Shown: positions 1 through 8,072, numbered from the stretch's first letter. The stretch is DNA of 64,000 bases from Candidatus Nomurabacteria bacterium (GCA_020632135.1 JACKGC010000001.1:517124-581123), one strand, 5' to 3'. Notes: generated by a model not told the origin, from the letters alone. Numbers and translations: made by a program.

Positions 1-19
1 GCATGTCTGGAGTTGCGCA

Positions 20-679
20 GTGGCCTTCGGGCTGTTGTGTGTCTCCGGACTGTCTGCAGCAGAGCCTGCAGGCGTCCGACCGAAACTGCCTTCCTCCGCG
101 GAGGCACCGCAAGGACTGTGGCTCAACATGATCCCCAAATCATACGGGGAAGATATCGCCACGGTGCGGAAGGTCTGTGAACAGAATGCAGCCATTAGCC
201 CAGTCGATGCACTGATGAAAGAGAAGTGCAACCGGCTCGTGAGGCAGTTGCAAGCTGGTGAGTGTGAAGTAGTGTGGGTGCCCGATGGTATCCGCCTCTC
301 ACTCTTAAACGGTTTGCAACACAGCAAACCACATACCTGGTTCAATATGGAGAAACAGACTGGCCGTTCCGATCGCGCACTACTGTGTGATCTGAGCGAG
401 GGGCTGTATAGCTACTGGTTTACCGGAGACGGCGCCAAGAGTTGTAATAACCTTGGGTTCGTTTTTCGACCACTGCCACCAACACCGCATGCGGAGTGGG
501 TGTGCAAGATGGTTCCGGTCAATACCAGTTGGCTCTCAACGCGACAGCCAGACTGGCTCGGTAGTATTACCAGCGAGAACTGCTGTTGTGGTATTGAATC
601 AGTGACACCTGAACTCGATCTTTCGTTTCGTAACACCTTGCAATCTACTGGCTACACCGAAGTGTGTGGCTGGGAATGA
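20..679 (+). CDS. Secreted cysteine-rich hypothetical protein (5' end uncertain)
   Basis: 219-codon ORF. N-terminus AFGLLCVSGLSAAEP resembles a signal peptide. The frame stays open back to nt 2, so the true start may lie upstream of the window. Many Cys, including CCCG near the C-terminus. No family recognised. Confidence 0.5.
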   Translation: MAFGLLCVSGLSAAEPAGVRPKLPSSAEAPQGLWLNMIPKSYGEDIATVRKVCEQNAAISPVDALMKEKCNRLVRQLQAGECEVVWVPDGIRLSLLNGLQHSKPHTWFNMEKQTGRSDRALLCDLSEGLYSYWFTGDGAKSCNNLGFVFRPLPPTPHAEWVCKMVPVNTSWLSTRQPDWLGSITSENCCCGIESVTPELDLSFRNTLQSTGYTEVCGWE

Positions 680-704
680 AACCGCTCTCTAGGAGGAACT
701 AATC

Positions 705-1376
705 ATGAATCGTCATGTCATCATGCGGTCTTCGATCGCAGTGGGAGCGCTCCTTCTGGGAGCGTGTCAAAGCACACCGATGCTGTCTGACAAAGAGTAT
801 TTGAGCATGAGCCCGGAGGCGCAAGAAGCGTATCGGAGTGAAATGCAACAGAACTTTTCAGCTCTGGAGCTGAAGAAGGCTGCCGAGTACGACGCTGGAT
901 TGCCGGTCCACTATGGGCTGCCGAATGACGGCTTCACCTTGCAGTGGAATAAGCGGCTGAATCTAGTGGCGCTCTGCAAAGGGCATACCACCGGCTTCAC
1001 TGGCATCGACTCATCGCTCTGTGCGGTGACGATGGCAGATGATCATGGGCAGATCGGTACGCAGCAGGTTGGGGGAGTTCTCAAACCAACGGTACTTCTC
1101 ACCAACACCTCCAGCCAGGAAGGCCTGGGCCGACTCTTCATTGAAGGCGGCTTTAAGGTCCTGGCGGCCGGAGTCAACGGTGCCTGGGCGGCGGAGATCC
1201 GTGCGGATAGCTGTAGTGACGGCAACTGTGCGGGGGATACCACCCTCATCAATGCCGGTGGTAACAGCTCAGCTGGGGCAGCTTCGGGCTCGTCGTCAAA
1301 TGCGGCGTCGCTGCTCGACTTCAAGGCTAGCGCGAGCTGTGGCAACGATCCCACCTGTGGTGGGGCTGCCTGGTAA
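705..1376 (+). CDS. Putative lipoprotein with Gly/Ser/Ala-rich C-terminal region
   Basis: Signal peptide plus lipobox-like LLGAC. AGGAGG at 691-696, 8 nt before the ATG. No family recognised. Confidence 0.6.
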   Translation: MNRHVIMRSSIAVGALLLGACQSTPMLSDKEYLSMSPEAQEAYRSEMQQNFSALELKKAAEYDAGLPVHYGLPNDGFTLQWNKRLNLVALCKGHTTGFTGIDSSLCAVTMADDHGQIGTQQVGGVLKPTVLLTNTSSQEGLGRLFIEGGFKVLAAGVNGAWAAEIRADSCSDGNCAGDTTLINAGGNSSAGAASGSSSNAASLLDFKASASCGNDPTCGGAAW

Positions 1377-1388
1377 GGCAAGTAGTAC

Positions 1389-1414
1389 ACCGAGGGTGCA
1401 ACTGCACCCTCGGT
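1389..1414 (+). terminator. Intercistronic GC-rich hairpin (possible terminator or attenuator, no U-tract)
   Basis: accgagggtgca..tgcaccctcggt forms near-perfect inverted arms between the stop at 1376 and the start at 1440. Confidence 0.3.
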
Positions 1415-1439
1415 CAACTTCAACAACAGGAGACTCTCA

Positions 1440-2831
1440 ATGAAGAAACGAGGACACCTTCTGATGCTCGTTGCGGTTGGGCTGCTTGCAGTATCGACCG
1501 TACATGCATCGTGTGAAATGCTATGGGGAAAAAATCCTACAGCGGCACAGAAACAGACGCTTCACCAGGTATTAGCTGGTACAACTGAGTATGTCGATGA
1601 CTACTCCGTCATGAGTATCGGTTCGGTAATGGTGCATAGTGCCAAGCAGCAATGCGCGGCACAGTTTGCAGCACTGCCGGAGTCACAACAGATACCACTC
1701 GGCTTTTTCAACCACGTGTTTACCAAGAACCGGCTTATTCGTGAGCCGATCGGTGAAAATGGGGTGGTGCCGGCGAAGTGGTTCATGCAACAGGTGGTCA
1801 CGCCCGGCATACGGCTACACTGGCCAAAGGCTGTTCGCACAGCTCCCGCAGTTGTTGATCCGGTGCAAGCCGCAATGGCTGACCTGCAACGACAACTCGA
1901 CCGCAAGGAGCAATTGGGTGCCAAGCGTGACAGGGAGCTGAAGCTGTCGTTGGAGAATATCCGGACAGCGCTCAATGACACGATGCAGTCGGTGACCGAA
2001 ACCTCACAACAAACGCAACAGGTGCAGGAGTTGTTGGGTAAGGTTGAGGCGGCGCAGCGGGAGCTGAGTGAAGGTAACTTCAGTGCAGCAGCCGAAGCGA
2101 AGCTGAGTGCGTTGTTTGGTGAGTATCTGGATGGTACTGGCATTGCGGGCCGAGCGGTTAACGCTGAACGGTTGGCAAAAGAAGCCAGTCAGAAAGCCTT
2201 GGACGCGCAAGGAAGTGTCAATCGACTCAACGGGTTGATCTGGAAGGTCGTGATCGGAGTAGCCGGTCTTGGTGTGATACTGCTGATCATTGGTTGGTAT
2301 CAGTCGAAGTTGACGTCTGATGTTGGTAAGCTTCTGAAACAGACCCTTAATGGGGATGGAACCGGTAAGGATCTTGGTGTGGTTAAAAAGCTCGAGGCAC
2401 TGACTGAAGCTCACGAGAATCTCGCAAAAGAGGTTCACGATCCTGAGTCAGGTCTATCGGCGACACGCGAGCTTGCTACTGAGGCACATAAACTCAGTCG
2501 TGAAGCGCAGCGTGCGTTGGCCGCCAATGTCGTTTTTGAAGAGCGGAACCAACCACCACAAGAGCTCTTGAAGCTCAATGTGGGTGAAGCACATGCGGTG
2601 TACTACCGTGGTCGTGACGAGAAAGGTAAGCCCTTTATGGTGCCGGTTTGGCATGTTGGAAACGGCAAGTTGCAACCCGACGTTCTCCGTCATCCGACCA
2701 GTAAGCTCTTGGTCGACCCAGTGAAGCCAGAAAACCTCCTGGATTCCATCGCTATGGCGGTGGTGAGTGGGCGGGTCAAGCAGGATGGCATGTCATCTCC
2801 GTCAAACGCGCGACCATTCAAGGCTGCGTAG
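1440..2831 (+). CDS. Secreted/membrane hypothetical protein with coiled-coil region and one internal TM helix
   Basis: 463-codon ORF. Signal peptide ending VHA|SC. AGGAG at 1428-1432. Long Q/E/A/L-rich heptad-like segment. Hydrophobic segment VVIGVAGLGVILLIIGWY. Confidence 0.6.
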   Translation: MKKRGHLLMLVAVGLLAVSTVHASCEMLWGKNPTAAQKQTLHQVLAGTTEYVDDYSVMSIGSVMVHSAKQQCAAQFAALPESQQIPLGFFNHVFTKNRLIREPIGENGVVPAKWFMQQVVTPGIRLHWPKAVRTAPAVVDPVQAAMADLQRQLDRKEQLGAKRDRELKLSLENIRTALNDTMQSVTETSQQTQQVQELLGKVEAAQRELSEGNFSAAAEAKLSALFGEYLDGTGIAGRAVNAERLAKEASQKALDAQGSVNRLNGLIWKVVIGVAGLGVILLIIGWYQSKLTSDVGKLLKQTLNGDGTGKDLGVVKKLEALTEAHENLAKEVHDPESGLSATRELATEAHKLSREAQRALAANVVFEERNQPPQELLKLNVGEAHAVYYRGRDEKGKPFMVPVWHVGNGKLQPDVLRHPTSKLLVDPVKPENLLDSIAMAVVSGRVKQDGMSSPSNARPFKAA

Positions 2832-2837
2832 CAGGGA

Positions 2838-2866
2838 GGTCGCCGGCCGCACAGCGGCCGGCGACC
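2838..2866 (+). terminator. 12-bp GC hairpin after the 1440-2831 gene (no U-tract)
   Basis: ggtcgccggccg (2838-2849), loop cacag, cggccggcgacc (2855-2866), starting 7 nt after the stop codon. Confidence 0.4.
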
Positions 2867-3186
2867 AAGGAGTGAGAGTTCCTTAAATATCTCTCAATGA
2901 ATGTTGTCATGACGTAAGATCATATCAGACCAAGTACGGCCCTTTCGCCTGAAACGTTACGTTGATCATGCGGCATGCATCATGCGAGAAGTTGCTATGG
3001 ACCCTACGTGACCGACTACGACCTAACCCGTCTGAAACGTTACCGAAAGTCCGCCATTGTACAACTGCTCAATTGATATCCTTTTCAGTACTAACTGTTC
3101 TTACATAAATACTCTGATCGAAGCGCCCTACGGCGATCTCAGAGGTATCTAGGCCCCGGCGGCATATCTGCGCTGGGGCTTTTTTG
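2867..3186 (+). ncRNA. Candidate terminator-bounded noncoding transcript (unknown class)
   Basis: About 320 nt with no credible ORF, bounded by the hairpin at 2838-2866 and a strong intrinsic terminator at 3153-3186. Contains a 12-nt direct repeat ctgaaacgttac at 2949-2960 and 3032-3043. Promoter not identified. Confidence 0.25.
3153..3186 (+). terminator. Rho-independent terminator not attached to any CDS
   Basis: Stem gccccggcg (3153-3161) / cgctggggc (3171-3179) with one G.T pair, 9-nt loop, then TTTTTT (3180-3185). Confidence 0.75.
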
Positions 3187-3230
3187 TATCCGCAGTGGTT
3201 GTGGAAGAGGGACTGTATACAAGGACAAGC

Positions 3231-3239
3231 TGGTATATA
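3231..3239 (+). promoter_or_regulatory. Extended -10-like box (TGgTATATA) for the pilin gene
   Basis: TG at 3231-3232 and TATATA at 3234-3239, 12 nt before the ATG at 3252. No SD in between. Confidence 0.4.
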
Positions 3240-3251
3240 CTTAATCTAATT

Positions 3252-3851
3252 ATGAAGAAAATCTTCGCGCAGGTGCAAGCTGGTTTTACGTTAATGGAAG
3301 TCATGATGGTAATCGCCATTATTGGCATCCTCACCGCTGTCACCCTTTCTTCACTTAACGACTCACAAGATGAGGCTAAGATCGCAAGCGCCGAAGCGCA
3401 GTTGCGTAGCATGCGCACCGCCATGGATGTGCTCTACAACGATTCAGGGAAGTACCCACATGGCTATGATAGATACTGCCCACCTGGTCCACGACCACCA
3501 GATACACCAAATGAGATCGACCTGTCAACCCCAGAAGCTGGTATCGTGGCCACCGACGGGAGTCATGATGGTTGGCGGGGGCCGTACATGCGTGAGGCGA
3601 TCGATCCCTGGGGCCATCCTTATTTTTTCGATGAAGACTACTTCTGCACGCCAGGTGCGCGAGGTTGTGATGGACTTGATTCAGATGCGAGCACCATCGT
3701 TTCCGCGTTAGTGTCGTGTGGTCTGGATGGAGATATTGGGACAGATAGTACTGCCAACAGTGGGCCAGGTCACACAGCAAAGCCCGATAACGGTGATGGA
3801 TGTGCTTATGATAATGACAACGTTGTGTACATACTTTGTCACTCAGAATAG
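3252..3851 (+). CDS. Type IV pilin / type II secretion pseudopilin (GspG-like)
   Basis: MKKIFAQVQAG|FTLMEVMMVIAIIGILTAV is a classic prepilin peptidase site (G/F, E+5) with a hydrophobic helix. DPWGHPYFF matches the GspG DPWGxPY motif. The ORF-track start at 3195 is upstream of the likely ATG at 3252. Confidence 0.8.
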   Translation: MKKIFAQVQAGFTLMEVMMVIAIIGILTAVTLSSLNDSQDEAKIASAEAQLRSMRTAMDVLYNDSGKYPHGYDRYCPPGPRPPDTPNEIDLSTPEAGIVATDGSHDGWRGPYMREAIDPWGHPYFFDEDYFCTPGARGCDGLDSDASTIVSALVSCGLDGDIGTDSTANSGPGHTAKPDNGDGCAYDNDNVVYILCHSE

Positions 3852-3901
3852 TAACGCATCTTCTCAGGTGCCGAGCACTATCTGTTACTAAGATACAGTA
3901 C

Positions 3902-3929
3902 TTGCATATTTTTTGCGTATCTGTATAAT
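3902..3929 (+). promoter_or_regulatory. Sigma70-like promoter (TTGCAT-16 nt-TATAAT), possible distal rRNA promoter
   Basis: TTGCAT 3902-3907 and TATAAT 3924-3929. About 420 nt upstream of the 16S 5' end, with no CDS in between. Confidence 0.4.
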
Positions 3930-4041
3930 AGCGCCACTGTTCATCGGGAGAGGTAAAGAGCGTTTTCAGTACGCTTCGCGACGGGTAAGTTCCTCGCCGC
4001 TTCTTTCGAAGGGGAATAGGGTTCATTGAAATTTTCATACA

Positions 4042-4068
4042 CATATCTATAGCCCAACTATAGATATG
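4042..4068. repeat. Perfect 11-bp inverted repeat with 5-nt spacer (function unknown)
   Basis: catatctatag (4042-4052), cccaa, ctatagatatg (4058-4068). Confidence 0.6.
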
Positions 4069-4229
4069 AGAAGTACATTATTTTTTAAATGAACAAATAC
4101 TCGAAGAGTATATTGTGAATGTACGTCCGAATTTTTCCTTTCATAGAAAAAATTCCTGGACGACAGAATCACAAGTTCAGTTTAAAGATGGTGTGCATCA
4201 CAGCACTAAAGACAAAATGAATTTATTTT

Positions 4230-4252
4230 CACTTTTGTCTTATCCTTTAGGT
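4230..4252 (+). other. 5' strand of the 16S precursor processing stem
   Basis: cacttttgtcttatccttt (4230-4248) is perfectly complementary to aaaggataagacaaaagtg (5935-5953). aggt (4249-4252) pairs with acct (5927-5930) across an aacc bulge. Confidence 0.7.
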
Positions 4253-4345
4253 AAAAATGTTTTGCTTTGAGCGCGCTCTTCGGTGAGTCGCCGCTCGCAA
4301 AACGCAGATCTATGAAGCTTCGGCTTCTAGAACCTGTCTTAAATT

Positions 4346-5788
<1,443 letters not shown>

Positions 5789-5798
<10 letters not shown>

Positions 5799-5892
5799 TG
5801 GACACGTTGTCGTGTTGCGGTGACGCAGCACAATGACAGCTAATTGGTCGATCTGGTAGGTATCAATTGAGCCTATCAGGGAGCATAATACT
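5789..5892 (+). other. Structured 104-nt element after 16S helix 45 (insertion within the 16S 3' tail, or structured trailer)
   Basis: Hairpin 1: ccaattgg 5794-5801 / ctaattgg 5840-5847, ttgtc 5807-5811 / gacag 5835-5839, gtgttgcg 5812-5819 / cgcagcac 5824-5831, GTGA loop. Hairpin 2: tggtagg 5854-5860 / cctatca 5872-5878. Confidence 0.4.
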
Positions 5893-5902
5893 CATCTCCT
5901 AA
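5893..5902 (+). other. Anti-Shine-Dalgarno-like decamer CATCTCCTAA
   Basis: 8 of 10 identical to the E. coli 16S tail CACCTCCTTA. Complementary to the AGGAG/GGAGGTG motifs upstream of leadered genes in this window. Confidence 0.4.
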
Positions 5903-5926
5903 CCTGGTATTAGACTTTAGGGAAAG

Positions 5927-5953
5927 ACCTAACCAAAGGATAAGACAAAAGTG
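5927..5953 (+). other. 3' strand of the 16S precursor processing stem
   Basis: Complement of 4230-4252 (19 perfect bp plus 4 bp). Confidence 0.7.
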
Positions 5954-6001
5954 CACATAAACTCCACTGTCTATCTAGTATGAAAATTTCAATAGACACA
6001 T

Positions 6002-6035
6002 AAAAAGCGCGGCGCCTAAAGGCGCCGCGCTTTTT
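6002..6035. terminator. Bidirectional intrinsic terminator between 16S and the convergent pilin-like gene
   Basis: aaaaagcgcggcgcc (6002-6016), loop taaa, ggcgccgcgcttttt (6021-6035). A/T runs on both sides. Confidence 0.8.
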
Positions 6036-6043
6036 GGTTCTGG

Positions 6044-6475
6044 TTAACCCGTATTACCAGTGCCAGTACAGAACGGAGCGGTGGGATCAATATCACAAGG
6101 ATCGTCAGTCGTTGGCCCGCCTGGGAAACCTTGCATTTGAATATAATCAGATGTTGGTGCACTTTGACCTCCACCACCAATACTATTCACTAACATGTTT
6201 ACAATGCCCCAAAAAGTGATCATAAGGACAAATGCCATGATACCGTAGAGTGCGAGCGACTTAGCTTTCTCTTGGTCTTCCTGATTGCTGCCACCAAGTA
6301 CAAAGTAACGGATGACGTTGATAATGAAGAAGAGAAATGCCATTCCGATCAAGAATGGAATAAAGACCCCGCTTAAGAAGTTCGTAAAAGCTACGAGGAA
6401 GGTTTGGAAGTCTTGAGCGTGAGTAATGGCCGGGAAAAGGAGCAGGCTAGCGGCTAGGATGGTTGGTTGTTTCAT
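6044..6475 (-). CDS. TrbC/VirB2-like (CPR-type T4SS pilin family) small membrane protein
   Basis: Signal peptide MKQPTILAASLLLFPAITHA|QD. Two TM helices flank a charged loop YFVLGGSNQEDQEKAKSLALYG, the typical VirB2-like topology. Gly-rich C-terminus. Start moved from 6484 to 6475 because 6483-6488 is a TATAAT box. Confidence 0.55.
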   Translation of the reverse strand: MKQPTILAASLLLFPAITHAQDFQTFLVAFTNFLSGVFIPFLIGMAFLFFIINVIRYFVLGGSNQEDQEKAKSLALYGIMAFVLMITFWGIVNMLVNSIGGGGQSAPTSDYIQMQGFPGGPTTDDPCDIDPTAPFCTGTGNTG

Positions 6476-6482
6476 ACCCTGC

Positions 6483-6488
6483 ATTATA
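6483..6488 (-). promoter_or_regulatory. -10 box TATAAT, 7 nt upstream of ATG 6475 (leaderless arrangement)
   Basis: Minus-strand reading is TATAAT gcagggt ATG. Confidence 0.5.
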
Positions 6489-6547
6489 GCTTATTGCGCG
6501 GTCGCTGGATGGCCGTCGATACACATTGACTTTTGATCCTAGTATTT

Positions 6548-6553
6548 TATAAT
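6548..6553 (+). promoter_or_regulatory. -10 box TATAAT for the leadered gene at 6593 (SD AAGGAG at 6581-6586)
   Basis: tttTATAATgc, then a leader of about 30 nt containing AAGGAG 6 nt before the ATG at 6593. Confidence 0.45.
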
Positions 6554-6592
6554 GCTGGTCGCAAAAGTGTGTGTTCTTCCAAGGAGTGAGTG

Positions 6593-6874
6593 ATGTTATT
6601 GTATAAAAAGCAACGTGTACGACGTATGGTTATCCGCACGGCTCTGTTCATCGGGCTTTCCACTGTCTTGATCACGGCGGCTAAGACTGGCTTGCAGGCA
6701 TCGCCGATACCGCAGATCTATTATGATGGTGAGCGGTGTGTGGGCGTGGATACGGAGTTTGGTCCTCGACCGTGCAGTAGTGCACAGGGTGGCGCATATA
6801 CAAAAGTGCTCGCTGAGCCTGGGTTAACCTACACTGAGTTTGCCAAGCGCTGGCGCACGTTGTATCGTCCGTGA
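6593..6874 (+). CDS. Small membrane-anchored hypothetical protein
   Basis: 93 codons from ATG 6593. Basic N-terminus followed by a TM helix TALFIGLSTVLITAA. SD present. Confidence 0.45.
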   Translation: MLLYKKQRVRRMVIRTALFIGLSTVLITAAKTGLQASPIPQIYYDGERCVGVDTEFGPRPCSSAQGGAYTKVLAEPGLTYTEFAKRWRTLYRP

Positions 6875-6993
6875 CACCATCCCCGAAAGACCTGGGTCCC
6901 ACCCCAGGTCTTTTATTATGGGTCTTTCAAATCAGTAAAAAATCTGCTATAGTTCTGGCCACTTGCAAAGATTTAACTTATTAAATTCTTTGT

Positions 6994-7067
6994 CCGCGCT
7001 TAGCTCAGTTGGCTAGAGCATTCGACTGATACTCGAAAGGCCCTAGGTTCGAATCCTAGAGCGCGGA
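6994..7067 (+). tRNA. tRNA-Ile (anticodon GAT), no encoded CCA
   Basis: Cloverleaf by hand. Acceptor ccgcgct/agcgcgg. D arm gctc-agttggcta-gagc. Anticodon arm ttcga-ctGATac-tcgaa. Variable region aggcc. T arm ctagg-ttcgaat-cctag. Discriminator A. Ile identity pairs C4-G69, U12-A23 and C29-G41 are present. Unusual C1-G72. Confidence 0.9.
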
Positions 7068-7092
7068 CAAAGAATTTAAGTCTGCGCGAGCT

Positions 7093-7120
7093 GAAAAGTC
7101 TGCCCTGCGGCAGACTTTTC
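7093..7120. other. Perfect 12-bp hairpin between the tRNA and its partial copy
   Basis: gaaaagtctgcc (7093-7104), loop ctgc, ggcagacttttc (7109-7120). No U-tract on either side. Confidence 0.5.
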
Positions 7121-7161
7121 CCGTCCACGAAGTGGTCCGCCGTTGCGTAGCAGGCGGAAGG

Positions 7162-7225
7162 GTTGGCTAGAGCATTCGACTGATACTCGAAAGGCCCTAG
7201 GTTCGAATCCTAGAGCGCGGACAAA
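7162..7225 (+). repeat. Partial tRNA-Ile copy (3' 60 nt plus 4 nt of flank), att-scar-like direct repeat
   Basis: 7162-7225 is identical to 7008-7071 (64/64). It lacks the 5' acceptor strand and the 5' D-stem strand, so it is not a functional tRNA. Confidence 0.85.
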
Positions 7226-7238
7226 AAACGCAAAATAT

Positions 7239-7284
7239 CTCAAATGGTCTTGCGTAGTGCTCCCAGCACTACTCACTCGAAAGG
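7239..7284 (+). repeat. Structured repeat unit A (ggtcttgcg-hairpin-ctcac)
   Basis: ctcaaatggtcttgcg, tagtgct-ccc-agcacta, ctcactcgaaagg. Hairpin at 7255-7271. The 3' end shares the 11-mer actcgaaaggc with the tRNA (7031-7041). Confidence 0.5.
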
Positions 7285-7360
7285 CTGAAATGATCTGGGA
7301 GATCATTTCAGAACCTTTTGAGGTATTTCTGTAGCTTGCGAACAGAAATAGCCAAAAGGT
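7285..7360 (+). other. Two consecutive strong hairpins (unknown RNA or DNA structure)
   Basis: ctgaaatgatct 7285-7296 / agatcatttcag 7300-7311 (12 bp, loop ggg). accttttg 7313-7320 / caaaaggt 7353-7360, enclosing tatttctgt 7324-7332 / acagaaata 7342-7350. Confidence 0.5.
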
Positions 7361-7379
7361 GTACTGCTCCTGTAAGGAG

Positions 7380-7396
7380 GTAGGTTCGATTCTTAC
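7380..7396 (+). other. tRNA T-arm-like element without a tRNA body
   Basis: gtagg-ttcgatt-cttac. No matching acceptor or anticodon arm could be built around it. Confidence 0.3.
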
Positions 7397-7442
7397 AGAA
7401 TCTGTCCACTCATTGGATCTTTTTTCGCCAGCTCAAAAAGCT

Positions 7443-7488
7443 CTCAATGGGTCTTGCGCCAGTTCCCCGAACTGGCTCACCTCAAGGG
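7443..7488 (+). repeat. Structured repeat unit B (covaries with unit A)
   Basis: ctcaatgggtcttgcg, ccagttc-ccc-gaactgg, ctcacctcaaggg. Hairpin at 7459-7475. The flanks are conserved with unit A, while both stem strands changed in a compensatory way. Confidence 0.5.
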
Positions 7489-7536
7489 CACTTCCGAATT
7501 TATGGTCGAGTAAACTCTCCCTAAATTCTAGGGCGC

Positions 7537-7550
7537 TCCTAGAGCGTGGA
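7537..7550 (+). repeat. Decayed third copy of the tRNA-Ile 3' end
   Basis: tcctagagcgtgga versus the tRNA sequence tcctagagcgcgga at 7054-7067 (13/14). Confidence 0.45.
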
Positions 7551-7630
7551 AAAGGGTCTTTACTATGTAATTTTTGCATTCACTAGTGATATATGATTTA
7601 AATGATCATGGATCAGTTCAGGAAAAAGGT

Positions 7631-8041
7631 ATGAACGAAAAACATCACTTGTTACAAGAATTGGCTGCGGGGGCGATCGAGCGCCTTAAGCTGCTACCAC
7701 AACCAGTCGTGCGGGTGAGCGGACCGATATCGCCAAACGAATTGTATAGCTACGAAGAGAACCTGGCGCGGTTCATCAAGGCGCAACAGGCACTTCGAGA
7801 CAGAGGCTTTACCGTCTTTGATTATTTCGAAGATAATGGTGATGAGCAGGTGATCCAGGAGCACGGATTGCAAGACTTGGTGATGGAACAGTACCACCAA
7901 CCGATCCTGCAGTCTGGGTATCTGACCGCGGTCTATATGATGCCGCATTGGGAACTCTCAGGTGGGGCGAGACAAGAATATCAGCACTTTGTAGATAACG
8001 ATCTACCAATCAAGCATATTCCTGAGGAGTGGTTGCTGTGA
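7631..8041 (+). CDS. DUF4406-like protein (nucleoside 2-deoxyribosyltransferase-like fold)
   Basis: VRVSGPIS...N...F......L...GF.V near the N-terminus and VYMMPHWELSGGARQEYQH near the C-terminus match the pattern I recall for DUF4406. Start taken at ATG 7631 (MNEKHH) rather than ORF-track 7574. Confidence 0.5.
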   Translation: MNEKHHLLQELAAGAIERLKLLPQPVVRVSGPISPNELYSYEENLARFIKAQQALRDRGFTVFDYFEDNGDEQVIQEHGLQDLVMEQYHQPILQSGYLTAVYMMPHWELSGGARQEYQHFVDNDLPIKHIPEEWLL

Positions 8042-8043
8042 TG

Positions 8044-8072
8044 AAAAGGCCGGCGCTTCGCGCCGGCCTTTT
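8044..8072. terminator. Bidirectional intrinsic terminator
   Basis: aaaaggccggcgc ttc gcgccggcctttt. A 9-bp GC stem flanked by an A-run and a T-run, between convergent genes. Confidence 0.8.

Noticed and set aside
1039-1443. Overlapping ORFs 1039-1443 (plus), 1043-1426 (minus), 1601-2143 (minus) and 2004-2438 (minus) in the GC-rich block
   Set aside because: These are typical GC-rich shadow frames inside longer ORFs that have signal peptides and SD sites. They are Arg/Ser/Pro-rich nonsense-like sequence.
3044-3055. RNase P RNA suspected from cgaaagtccgcc, which resembles the universal GGAAAGUCCGG (CR-I)
   Set aside because: No partner strand for helix P4 (nothing like ACAGAAxxCGGCUUA) and no other conserved RNase P regions are present in 2867-3186. 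The unit also ends in an intrinsic terminator, which is atypical for RNase P RNA.
3376-4044. 222-aa minus-strand ORF opposite the pilin gene
   Set aside because: It overlaps the pilin CDS, which carries an unmistakable prepilin signature, and extends into the rRNA upstream region. Its composition looks like a shadow frame.
7076-7334. ORFs 7076-7306 (minus) and 7143-7334 (plus) across the tRNA repeat region
   Set aside because: They are built from tRNA-derived sequence and hairpins and have no start context. The region is better explained as structured noncoding DNA.
7230-7570. Possible tmRNA (T-arm-like GGTTCGATT at 7380-7396, many helices)
   Set aside because: I could not pair a 5' acceptor strand with the sequence after the T-arm. 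There is no CCA-proximal acceptor. No resume codon with a tag ORF ending in a typical hydrophobic tail was found.
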